From NCBI GenBank assembly GCA_965116885.1, contig OZ220741.1:3008001-3072000 (forward strand): a stretch of 64,000 nt of DNA. The letters run 5' to 3'. Made by a program: the position numbers and the translations under genes. This document shows positions 1 through 8,661 of this stretch, one piece after another (position 1 is the stretch's first letter; each line of letters begins with the position of its first letter). A model generated the notes under the pieces. That model did no database searches and was not told the DNA's origin. It saw nothing but the letters and a program-made list of their open reading frames with translations. The DNA is from Candidatus Latescibacterota bacterium (lineage in GTDB: Bacteria > Latescibacterota > UBA2968).

Positions 1-2
1 AT

Positions 3-1709
3 GTTGATCCTGCGGCATTGCGTGGCGTGTCGGGCATGGTTTTTTCGGGTGGTCCATCCAGTGTGTATGATCCCGATCCACCCGCGTTTAATCCCGGATT
101 GCTGGATACGGATTTGCCCGTGCTCGGGCTGTGTTATGGACATCAGTTGTTGTGCATGCATTTGGGGGGTGAGGTGGTTGCTGGTGAGGTGCGAGAATAC
201 GGTTCTGCCAGGTTGAATATTGCAGGTGGGTCAGATTTGTTTGCCGGGCTTGGCGATTCTCAGGCGGTGTGGATGAGCCACGGCGATGTGGTCGAAACAT
301 TGCCCAGAGGTTTTGAAATTTTGGGGACGACTGAGGATTGTCCTTCGGCAGCGGTTGGCGATGCCAAGCGCAAGATTTATGGCTTGCAATTTCATCCCGA
401 GGTGGCACATACGCCGCGTGGATTGGATATTTTTGATAATTTTTTGACGATATGCGATGCGCCTCGAACCTGGACTATGGGCAATTATGCCGAGGTGGTT
501 ATGGAGGAGATGCGAGAGAAGGTGGGGGATCGCAATGTGTTTTTGCTGGTGTCGGGTGGGGTTGATTCTTCGGTGGCTTTTGTGCTGTTTAACAGGGCAC
601 TGGGGGCAGACCGGGTGTTGGGGTTGCATATTGACAATGGTTTTATGCGAAAGGGCGAGACGGCTGCGGTGGAGGTTTTTCTGAAGGAAGAGGGGTTTGA
701 CAATCTGATGGTCGTGGATGCCAGTGACGATTTTTTGTTGGGTGTGGAGGGGCTGGTCGATCCGGAAGCAAAGCGCGAGGCGATTGGACACACATTTTTG
801 GAGGTGAAGGACGAGGTGATGGCGCACTTGCATTTGGATGCAGATCAATGGGTGTTGGGGCAAGGTACGCTTTATCCCGATACCATAGAATCGGGAGGGA
901 CAGAGCACGCGGCACTGATTAAGACGCACCACAATCGCATTGATTTGATCGATGAGTTGATTGCACAGGGCAAGGTTGTCGAGCCTTTGGCACAGTTGTA
1001 CAAGGATGAGGTGCGCGAGTTGGGGAGCGAGTTGGGGTTGCCCGATCATCTGGTGTGGCGACATCCGTTTCCCGGTCCGGGTCTGGCTGTGCGCTGTTTG
1101 TGCTCAGATGGCGCGGTGGATGGGGTTGATATTGCAGCATCAGAGCGTGCTGCTGAGATCGCTTCTGAGGCGGGTTTGCAATTGCAGGTTTTGCCCGTTA
1201 GAAGTGTGGGGGTTCAGGGGGATTTTCGCACGTATTCGCATCCCGCGATTGTTTCGGGTTTCACAGCCGATAACAATGGCGATTGGCGCGTGCTCGAAGA
1301 TCTGTCAACGCGGATTACCAATAGCGTGCCGGGTATTAATCGCGTGGTTTGTCTTATTGCGCCAGATGTTTTGCCCGGGTTGCGTCTCAAGCGCGCATTT
1401 TTGACCTATCAGAGGCTCGATGTTTTGCGGGAGGCAGATGCTATTGCGATGCGGGCACTCGACCGCGCGGGTCTTATGTCTGCTGTGTCTCAGATGCCGA
1501 CTGTTCTGGCGCCGTTGACGACAGATGGACAAGATGAAATTGTAATTCTGCGCCCGATTACAACGCCGGATTTTATGACTGCGCGATTTGCCGAATTGCC
1601 CCACAATCTGGTGCGCGATATGGCAGATGAGATACTGGATCTTCCCGGTGTCGCTGCCGTGGGTTACGATATCACCCATAAACCGCCGGGGACTGTGGAA
1701 TGGGAGTGA
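3..1709 (+). CDS. guaA: GMP synthase (glutamine-hydrolysing), 5'-truncated by the window edge; long C-terminal form
   Basis: SGGPSSV, GLCYGHQ (catalytic Cys), QFHPEV, SGGVDS PP-loop, IKTHHN, HPFPGPGL and terminal KPPGTVEWE; frame is open back to position 3. Confidence 0.97.
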   Translation, partial: VDPAALRGVSGMVFSGGPSSVYDPDPPAFNPGLLDTDLPVLGLCYGHQLLCMHLGGEVVAGEVREYGSARLNIAGGSDLFAGLGDSQAVWMSHGDVVETLPRGFEILGTTEDCPSAAVGDAKRKIYGLQFHPEVAHTPRGLDIFDNFLTICDAPRTWTMGNYAEVVMEEMREKVGDRNVFLLVSGGVDSSVAFVLFNRALGADRVLGLHIDNGFMRKGETAAVEVFLKEEGFDNLMVVDASDDFLLGVEGLVDPEAKREAIGHTFLEVKDEVMAHLHLDADQWVLGQGTLYPDTIESGGTEHAALIKTHHNRIDLIDELIAQGKVVEPLAQLYKDEVRELGSELGLPDHLVWRHPFPGPGLAVRCLCSDGAVDGVDIAASERAAEIASEAGLQLQVLPVRSVGVQGDFRTYSHPAIVSGFTADNNGDWRVLEDLSTRITNSVPGINRVVCLIAPDVLPGLRLKRAFLTYQRLDVLREADAIAMRALDRAGLMSAVSQMPTVLAPLTTDGQDEIVILRPITTPDFMTARFAELPHNLVRDMADEILDLPGVAAVGYDITHKPPGTVEWE

Positions 1710-1722
1710 AAGATAAAAGCGG

Positions 1723-1764
1723 AGGTTCTGATCCGAGACCTCAAAGGGAATCCAATCAGAACCT
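1723..1764 (+). terminator. 10-bp inverted repeat just after the guaA stop (hairpin, no U-tract)
   Basis: AGGTTCTGAT (1723-1732) and ATCAGAACCT (1755-1764). Confidence 0.4.
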
Positions 1765-1938
1765 GGTTTCTATATCCTGTCAGACGCTATCGCTGCATCC
1801 TCTGAAGAACACCAAAGATAGCTCAGATAGGGTTGTTTTTTTCACTTTTAAAAATTGAAATGGAAAAAAATGAACACCTTTTTTTAAATAGTTAGCAAGC
1901 GTGGGTCTGCTAACGAAAATTATATATCCTTGTTTTTT

Positions 1939-1971
1939 AGTGCCTTAGAATATTCTGAGGCACTTTTTTTT
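1939..1971 (+). terminator. Intrinsic terminator-like hairpin upstream of the glycosyltransferase operon
   Basis: Near-perfect palindrome AGTGCCTTAGAATATTCTGAGGCACT running into a T8 tract. Confidence 0.7.
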
Positions 1972-2075
1972 GTTTTTTTCGAAAATGGGCACGGCATTTG
2001 CAGATATGCTGTGCGCAAATCGCGTGAATAGGATTGAGGCGGACGGGATGTCCGCGATGATAGAGGGGTGAAGTT

Positions 2076-3329
2076 TTGAAAAATACTACGGTTGCATTTT
2101 ATAGCCAGCACCTCATTGGCGTGGGGCACCATTTTCGCAATCGACAGATTGTCAATGAACTGGTGAAGACATGCGATGTGTTTTTTATCGATGGCGGACG
2201 TCCTGTTCCCGAGGCTGATCTCGATGAGCGGGTGACGCGTATTTCTCTGCCGCCGCTTCGCACGGGCGCACAGGGCATTGAGCCTGTTGATACGGAGAGA
2301 GATTTGCAGGCTGTGATGCGCGAGCGTCAGAGCAGGCTTTCCGAAGCGATGGAACAGATTTGCCCCGATGTGTTTGGTGTTGAGTTTTTCCCCTTTTCCC
2401 GGTGGTCGCTCAAGAGCGAGATTCTCAATACTATTGTCAGGCTCAATGAGATCAATCCCGGCGCGAAGGTGTTGTGTTCGCTGCGCGATATTCCCACGAG
2501 GGCAAAAAGCGATGTGTTGCAACCGACTGTTGCGCTTGCACAGAGACGCGATGGAGACGCGATGCGGTTTTATTCGGTGCCTTTTGGCGGGATACATCAC
2601 GAGTATTTGGCTTTTAATCAGCGGTATTACGAGGAGGTTGTGCCCGTGTTGAATCAGTATTTCGATGCGGTACTGGTGCATGGCGATTCTCAACTGTCCC
2701 GGTTGGAAGATCACTTTCCCTGGGTTGCTGATATCGGTATTCCCATCATTTATACGGGGTTTGTTTCTGAGAAACTCGAGAACGCATCTCGACCTGATGG
2801 TGCGCCGAATAGGTATGTGCTGGTCAGTGCTGGCGGTGGGGCTGAGGGGCTTGCGCTTGTTGCACCGTGTATTGAAGCGTGGAAGCAATTGGCACAGGAC
2901 AATGCGCTCAACGGACGTGAGATGGTGATTTTTGCCGGTGCGTTTATCGAAGAGAAGCATTTTGAAGCTTTGCGCGCGTTGTGCGGTGATGGTCCGTTTC
3001 ACATTGAGCGCTTTACGTCCAATTTTTTGGCGTGGATGAAATACGCAGATTTGTCGATTAGTCGCGCGGGCTACAATACGTGTATGAATGTGCTTGAGAC
3101 ACAAGTGCCATCGATTCTGGTGCCGAGTATTGCGATGGATGATCAGGAGTTTCGCGCACAGAAGTTGATGGGGTTGGGTATTGCAGGGGTGATACATCCC
3201 GATCAAATAGGTGCGGGAAAGATGGCAAAAGCTATTGGCGAAATGCTCGAACGTTCTGTGCCTGAACACCATCTATCCCTGGATGGTGCCGAGCAAACGC
3301 GAGAATTTATAGACAGCGGTACAAGATAA
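2076..3329 (+). CDS. GT-B glycosyltransferase (COG4671-like, GT28 C-terminal-like domain)
   Basis: N-terminal YSQHLIGVGH, VEFFPF, SLRDI, VLVHGD, LVSAGGG, SISRAGYNT, DQEFRA; TTG start after GAGGGG. Confidence 0.85.
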   Translation: MKNTTVAFYSQHLIGVGHHFRNRQIVNELVKTCDVFFIDGGRPVPEADLDERVTRISLPPLRTGAQGIEPVDTERDLQAVMRERQSRLSEAMEQICPDVFGVEFFPFSRWSLKSEILNTIVRLNEINPGAKVLCSLRDIPTRAKSDVLQPTVALAQRRDGDAMRFYSVPFGGIHHEYLAFNQRYYEEVVPVLNQYFDAVLVHGDSQLSRLEDHFPWVADIGIPIIYTGFVSEKLENASRPDGAPNRYVLVSAGGGAEGLALVAPCIEAWKQLAQDNALNGREMVIFAGAFIEEKHFEALRALCGDGPFHIERFTSNFLAWMKYADLSISRAGYNTCMNVLETQVPSILVPSIAMDDQEFRAQKLMGLGIAGVIHPDQIGAGKMAKAIGEMLERSVPEHHLSLDGAEQTREFIDSGTR

Positions 3330-3344
3330 AAAATGAGGTGAAAG

Positions 3345-4748
3345 ATGAAAATTTATGTGTCACATCAGTATCACTACCGCGAGAAAGTAATGGCGTCGAA
3401 TAGCGGGGCAGTTCTTTCGGGGTTTAACCATGTGCAGGCGTTATCGAAGTATTGCGAGGTGTATATGCCAGCGTCTGAAGCGGTGGATTATGGTCCGAAT
3501 TTGCACGGTATTCGGTTCGCATTTGAGACGATTGATTCGTCTCGTCAGTGGTTTGCACGACAGGATTTTGATGGTGTGTTGATGTTTGAACCCAAAGCCG
3601 ATGACGTAGCGTTTTTCCGCCATGTGTGTCCCGCACCCATTGTGATTCGGCTGTCGTGTTCTTTTGGAAATAATCGGGATTTTGTCGATAAGGTGCTTCA
3701 ATGTTATTCACTGTTGCGGCCTTGTGATGCCCTGTCGCCCAAGTCGGCGTATGTCGCGGACGAAATCGGCAAGCTGGTGTTTGACAAGTCGTATTTGCAT
3801 CCGATTACCAATGGGATAGATGCCGAGGTGTTTGTGCCGATGGATAAGTTGCAAGCGCGCAAAGAGGTCGCGGATAAGACGGGTGATCAACGTTTTTTGG
3901 AGATGCCTGTGGTGGGTTTTTGTGGGCGGTTTGAGCCGGGCAAGGGTGCGTATCCGTTTTTGCGAATGGCGGACCTGAATCCCAATGTGTTGTTTGCCGT
4001 GATTGGCAAGCAGTTCGCACCCGTGACACATGCGCCCAATGTGATCTTTTTGGGCGCGCAACCCTATACGGATATGCCGCTGTATTACAATATGCTGGAT
4101 GTGTTGTGCGCGCTGTCGGTGTATTCGTATGAGTCGTGTCCTTCAACTGTAATAGAGGGCATGGCGTGTGGTCTTCCGGTTGTGGCGACAAATTTTGCGG
4201 GTGCGCCAGAGTTGTTGGGCAGTTGTGGGCGGTTGATTGAGATTGAGCGGTTTGAAGACGAGCCATTGAATGTGACGGGTTATATCGCTCCAGAGGTGAT
4301 TTCAGATGCTGTGCGCGATTTGTTGAATAGTAAGACAGAGCGCGTGGAAATGGGAGAGGGTGCTCGCAAACGCGCACTCGAATTTTCCTGGGATTGTATG
4401 GCGCAGCAGCACATGGCGCTGTTTGAAAATCTGCGGACCAAACGCGATGTATCCGCATATCCGATTCCAATAACCGTGAGTTTTACACAGGGTTGTGATG
4501 TCTCGGGTGTGCCGAAAAGTATGTCTAAGGGGTTTAACTATTTGGGCAGCGCGCAAGGCCCATTGCCGCGCATTTCGTTTTTGGGACAAGATATGTCCCT
4601 TATTGAGGGTGTGGGCCTTCACTTGACGCAACATTTACATCCAAACGAAGTCGAAGCTGCTCTGCTGGGCTTATGCAGTGATCGCGACACAGCATACAAA
4701 ATGCTTCGCAAAATTCGACACTTAAGCAATATGCTCACGGCTTTCTGA
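3345..4748 (+). CDS. GT4-family glycosyltransferase with ~100-aa C-terminal extension
   Basis: ITNGID, FCGRFEPGKG, ESCPSTVIEGMACGLPVV (E-x7-E), FSWD; RBS GAGGTG. Confidence 0.88.
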   Translation: MKIYVSHQYHYREKVMASNSGAVLSGFNHVQALSKYCEVYMPASEAVDYGPNLHGIRFAFETIDSSRQWFARQDFDGVLMFEPKADDVAFFRHVCPAPIVIRLSCSFGNNRDFVDKVLQCYSLLRPCDALSPKSAYVADEIGKLVFDKSYLHPITNGIDAEVFVPMDKLQARKEVADKTGDQRFLEMPVVGFCGRFEPGKGAYPFLRMADLNPNVLFAVIGKQFAPVTHAPNVIFLGAQPYTDMPLYYNMLDVLCALSVYSYESCPSTVIEGMACGLPVVATNFAGAPELLGSCGRLIEIERFEDEPLNVTGYIAPEVISDAVRDLLNSKTERVEMGEGARKRALEFSWDCMAQQHMALFENLRTKRDVSAYPIPITVSFTQGCDVSGVPKSMSKGFNYLGSAQGPLPRISFLGQDMSLIEGVGLHLTQHLHPNEVEAALLGLCSDRDTAYKMLRKIRHLSNMLTAF

Positions 4749-4803
4749 TTGGTGTCGAAGAAGAGCTGTTTGCGCTAAATCTAAGAGAAAGGAGGTGAAA
4801 GAA

Positions 4804-5034
4804 ATGACTGAGCGCATTACATCAATGCCAGCACAAGTTTCTGTGACCTGTGCTCCACTCCCTGGTCAAGAACTCGAACTGGCACATGGTGAGATGGCGA
4901 ATGCATCAGGAGGATGCCTGCTTCCAGGAGAAGATTTGTTTGAGCACGATCCATTTGAGCCTCTTGAAGATATGATCGAAGATGCGGTGGATTATATCGG
5001 AGATACGGTGAGTGAATGGTGGGCTTCCTGGTAG
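4804..5034 (+). CDS. Putative RiPP precursor A (37-aa double-glycine leader plus 39-aa acidic core)
   Basis: RBS AAGGAGGTG before ATG 4804; leader ends ELAHGEMANASGG; lies upstream of a C39 peptidase exporter. Confidence 0.8.
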   Translation: MTERITSMPAQVSVTCAPLPGQELELAHGEMANASGGCLLPGEDLFEHDPFEPLEDMIEDAVDYIGDTVSEWWASW

Positions 5035-5136
5035 CAATCGCGCTACACGCCATAAGACGCTGTTTCTGTTATTCAGGTACTGGACGAAAACCATCTTTTT
5101 TGCTGAATCTTACAATTCATTTATCCGGAGGATATT

Positions 5137-5520
5137 ATGTATAATCGCGTAACTTCAGATTCAGGCGCCGCTTTTGCTTCTTGCACGACACTGCCTATTC
5201 ATCAAACAATGCTCAATGTTAAAGAAATGGCAGATATTGATGGTCTGGGAAGTTTGGCAGATACTATTGATGCAGCGGTAGATTATATTTCGGATGTTGT
5301 TGATGGAATAGGAGATAGTGTTTCTGATTTTGTTGATTCGTTATATTTTTACCCCCAGGATGCTGAGCCTATACACGTGTCTCATCCACATATTTTCCCA
5401 GTACCCCCCCCTGATACAATGAAGATTATTACTTATGAAAGACATACCTGCGACGAGCCGGTCGTGCATTCATCTTGTGGGACTTGTATGTGCTGGGAGG
5501 TGGTAAGGCAGTGTTTTTAG
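5137..5520 (+). CDS. Putative RiPP precursor B (paralogous leader, acidic repeats, Pro/His-rich linker, Cys-rich tail)
   Basis: RBS GGAGG; first 36 aa align without gaps to precursor A; core shares AVDYI(S/G)D. Confidence 0.72.
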   Translation: MYNRVTSDSGAAFASCTTLPIHQTMLNVKEMADIDGLGSLADTIDAAVDYISDVVDGIGDSVSDFVDSLYFYPQDAEPIHVSHPHIFPVPPPDTMKIITYERHTCDEPVVHSSCGTCMCWEVVRQCF

Positions 5521-5610
5521 GTGCGCTGTGCATCAATCCGTCATTCCTGCATATGCTCCACGACGTGTGCAGGAGTGGCGGCGTTATATGAGGCAGGACG
5601 GTTGGAGAAA

Positions 5611-8600
5611 ATGAATCTTTCGCTTTTTTTCGCCAAAAACTCAGTTCGGTCACAATCTGTTCGTTTTCCCTTTGGGCGTGTTGTTTTTCAACAGGGTCAG
5701 GCGGGTGAGGCGTTTTACATTGTGCAGTCTGGACGGTTGCGGGTGATGAAGCAGGATGCAAATGGCGATTCGGACACTGTGGGCTATTTGTATGCAGGTG
5801 ATCATTTTGGCGAAGGGGCACTGTTGACCAGGCAGGGGCACCGAGCGACGGTGCGAGCGGTTGAGGATGCGGAGGTGTTGCAGGTGCCGAAGGATGAGTT
5901 TTTTAAGGCTGTGAGAAAAAGTTCTGATGTACGAGCTTACCTCGAAGAACAGATCTCCTGTATTGCGTATCGGGATTTTACGCGTTTTTTGAAAGGGGAT
6001 GTTCCAAACGAGGCGATGCGGGTGTTGTTCGCGCGGTTGAAGCGCGAGGCAGTTGAGGAGGGTGTGACCGTTGTTGAGCGAGGTCAGTTGGGGCAGCGAT
6101 TTTATTTGCTTGGCAGCGGTCAGTTGGAGACTGTGTTTGAAAATGGGGATACGGTGGTTTTGCGCGCGGGTGATTATTTTGGCGATGGTAGAGATGATGA
6201 AGCGGTCATTCGCAGTCGGCGTGATAGCGTGCTCTTTTATATAGATAAAAACGATTTTAATAAGTTAAAAGCTATGATGCCGGGATTCGAGAAGGCGTTG
6301 GGGAGAGGCCGCATATCGCGTGGAGAACAGCGAACGAATGGAGCAGGGTTTAGACAGGCACGGGATGATCGGCAAGCCCTGTCCCCATCGGGGGGGCGAG
6401 AGGCTACACCGGTTGAGCAATCTGTTATCCAAGAAGACACAGACGCCAATACGGCATCCAATTTGGTCAATATCAGAATAGACGGTGAAAAACCACAAGT
6501 GCCCACCTGGTTTCGCTTCCCGTTTTTGAAGCAACACGATCAATCGGATTGTGGCGCGGCGTGTTTGGGCATGATTTGTAAGTATTACAAGATGCCTATT
6601 GGATTGAACAGGCTGCGCGATATGTCCAATGTGTCGCGGTATGGCACGTCGATGGCGGCGTTGGCCGAGGCTGCGGAAACCATAGGTTTTGTTACCCGCG
6701 GCGTGCGAACGGGATATGAAGCTCTGATGCGAACAGAATTGCCAGCCATTCTCCACTGGGAGGGCAATCATTTTGTGGTCTTGTATCAGATAAATAAAAA
6801 GGAGGTGAAGATAGCAGATCCCGGCGTGGGCATTCGCAAGTTGTCGCGGTCAGAGTTTGAGAAGGGCTGGACAAACAGGGCACTGTTGTTGGAATACACG
6901 GATCAGGTGGCAGAAAATGAACCGTCTCAGTCTTCTTTTAAGCGGTTTTTTCCATTGATCCGGCCCTATAGGGGCATATTGATTGAGGTGCTATTAGCGT
7001 CTTTGGTGCTCAGTTTATTTGGTCTGGCATCGCCTATTTTTATGCAGACGATTGTCGATCAGGTCTTAGTGCATCACGATAAGGATTTGTTGAATTTGAT
7101 GCTGGTGGGTATGGTCGTTGTCGCGTTGTTCCAGATGGGCACATCGACGTTGCGCACCTACTTAATCGGGTATATGAGTGCGCGGTTGAGCATTGCGATG
7201 TTGTCGCGTTTTTATCGGCATTTGTTGGCGCTGTCCATGCAGTTTTTTGCTCTGAGGCGCACGGGCGATTTGACCACGCGATTTCGGGAGAATGCAACGA
7301 TTCAGCGTTTGTTGACGGGTGCGACGGTTTCTGCGGTTCTGGATTTTATCATGCTTTTTGTCTATCTGGGTCTGATGTTTTATTACAATGCCGAACTGAC
7401 GCTGGTGATGCTGATTTTTGTGCCGCTTTCTATAGGTCTCACGCTGATTTACACACCCATTTTGAAGGCTTTCAGCCAGCGCGCTTTTCTGGCGCGTGCC
7501 GAACAATCATCGGTTTTGATTGATTCGCTACACGGCATTGATGTGGTCAAAGCCGAGGCGGTTGAGCGCGCGACACGGTGGCATTGGGAAGGTAAGTTCA
7601 CAAAGGAAATGCAGATTGGCTTTCAACGGTTAAAAATGCAGATGCTGTTTGGAGGAATAGGAAGGGTGATCAATTTGCTGAGCGGTACAGTGATTTTGTG
7701 GTATGGCGCCTCATTGGTGATTGCGGGGGACCTGTCGGTTGGGCAGTTGATGGCGTTTAATGCGCTGATTGGCAATGTGATGGGACCGATTATGGGGTTG
7801 ATTGGAATATGGCCGCAGGTGCAAGAAGCGCGTATTGCACTGGATCGGTTAAATGATGTGTATGATACGCAGATGGAGGATGCGCGGCAACAGGGTCAGG
7901 GTTTGATCTTAAAGCATTTGGAAGGGCGCGTGGTTTTTGAGGGGGTATTTTTCAGATATGGTGTCGGTTCTGATGAACCTTATGTGTTGAATAATATAGA
8001 CCTGACGCTTGAGCCGGGTCAAAAAGTTGCGATTGTGGGACGTAGCGGTGCGGGCAAAACGACGCTGGTGAAACTGGTGTCTCGTTTGTTTGATCCGTCA
8101 GAAGGGCGGGTGACCTTAGATGGTATGGATGTGCGGGATGTGGATCCCCATTGGTTGCGGCGGCAGGTGGGTATGGTGATGCAGGAGCCGTTTTTGTTTT
8201 CTGGGACGATTGCTGAGAATATCGCCATTGGTCAGACAGACGCGGACATGGATCGCATTTTGGAAGTGGCAAATCTATCTTGTGTACACGATTTCGTGAG
8301 CGATATGCCTTTGGGCTATGAGACAAAGGTGGGTGAGCAGGGTGTGGGGCTGTCTGGTGGACAACGGCAGCGGATTGCGATTGCACGGGCACTGTATTGT
8401 GATCCGAAAATTTTGATTTTTGATGAGGCGACCAATGCGTTGGATACGGATTCGGAACAGGCGATTCAGGCGAATTTAGATCTGTTTTTGGATGCTCGCA
8501 CGGCGTTGATTATCGCGCATCGGTTGAGTACGGTGCGGGATGCGGATGCGATTGTGGTCTTAGATAAGGGTCATATTGTGGAGATGGGCACACACGATGA

Positions 8601-8661
8601 GTTGATGGTGCAAGAGGGGTTGTATTATCACATGTGCAGTCAACAGTTGCAGGTGGTGTGA
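5611..8661 (+). CDS. Peptidase-containing ABC transporter (two cNMP-binding-like domains, C39 peptidase, ABC membrane and ATPase domains)
   Basis: VFQQGQAGEAFYIVQSG/GDHFGE cNMP-type motifs; QHDQSDCGAAC, HWEGNHFVV, IADP (Cys-His-Asp); GRSGAGKT, LSGGQRQ, DEAT; ATG 5611 follows GGAGA. Confidence 0.95.
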   Translation: MNLSLFFAKNSVRSQSVRFPFGRVVFQQGQAGEAFYIVQSGRLRVMKQDANGDSDTVGYLYAGDHFGEGALLTRQGHRATVRAVEDAEVLQVPKDEFFKAVRKSSDVRAYLEEQISCIAYRDFTRFLKGDVPNEAMRVLFARLKREAVEEGVTVVERGQLGQRFYLLGSGQLETVFENGDTVVLRAGDYFGDGRDDEAVIRSRRDSVLFYIDKNDFNKLKAMMPGFEKALGRGRISRGEQRTNGAGFRQARDDRQALSPSGGREATPVEQSVIQEDTDANTASNLVNIRIDGEKPQVPTWFRFPFLKQHDQSDCGAACLGMICKYYKMPIGLNRLRDMSNVSRYGTSMAALAEAAETIGFVTRGVRTGYEALMRTELPAILHWEGNHFVVLYQINKKEVKIADPGVGIRKLSRSEFEKGWTNRALLLEYTDQVAENEPSQSSFKRFFPLIRPYRGILIEVLLASLVLSLFGLASPIFMQTIVDQVLVHHDKDLLNLMLVGMVVVALFQMGTSTLRTYLIGYMSARLSIAMLSRFYRHLLALSMQFFALRRTGDLTTRFRENATIQRLLTGATVSAVLDFIMLFVYLGLMFYYNAELTLVMLIFVPLSIGLTLIYTPILKAFSQRAFLARAEQSSVLIDSLHGIDVVKAEAVERATRWHWEGKFTKEMQIGFQRLKMQMLFGGIGRVINLLSGTVILWYGASLVIAGDLSVGQLMAFNALIGNVMGPIMGLIGIWPQVQEARIALDRLNDVYDTQMEDARQQGQGLILKHLEGRVVFEGVFFRYGVGSDEPYVLNNIDLTLEPGQKVAIVGRSGAGKTTLVKLVSRLFDPSEGRVTLDGMDVRDVDPHWLRRQVGMVMQEPFLFSGTIAENIAIGQTDADMDRILEVANLSCVHDFVSDMPLGYETKVGEQGVGLSGGQRQRIAIARALYCDPKILIFDEATNALDTDSEQAIQANLDLFLDARTALIIAHRLSTVRDADAIVVLDKGHIVEMGTHDELMVQEGLYYHMCSQQLQVV

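Noticed and set aside
1920..3272. 450-aa minus-strand ORF and other long antisense ORFs (231-1064, 39156-40190, 58301-59023, 62433-63236)
   Set aside because: They shadow well-supported genes on the opposite strand and show no recognisable motifs.
5518..5520. Pyrrolysine recoding of the TAG
   Set aside because: No pyl genes or amber tRNA in the window; kept only as an unexplained in-frame stop.
5521..5610. GTG 5521 as the exporter start (1046-aa ORF call)
   Set aside because: No good RBS at suitable spacing; ATG 5611 follows GGAGA and begins the cNMP-like domain.
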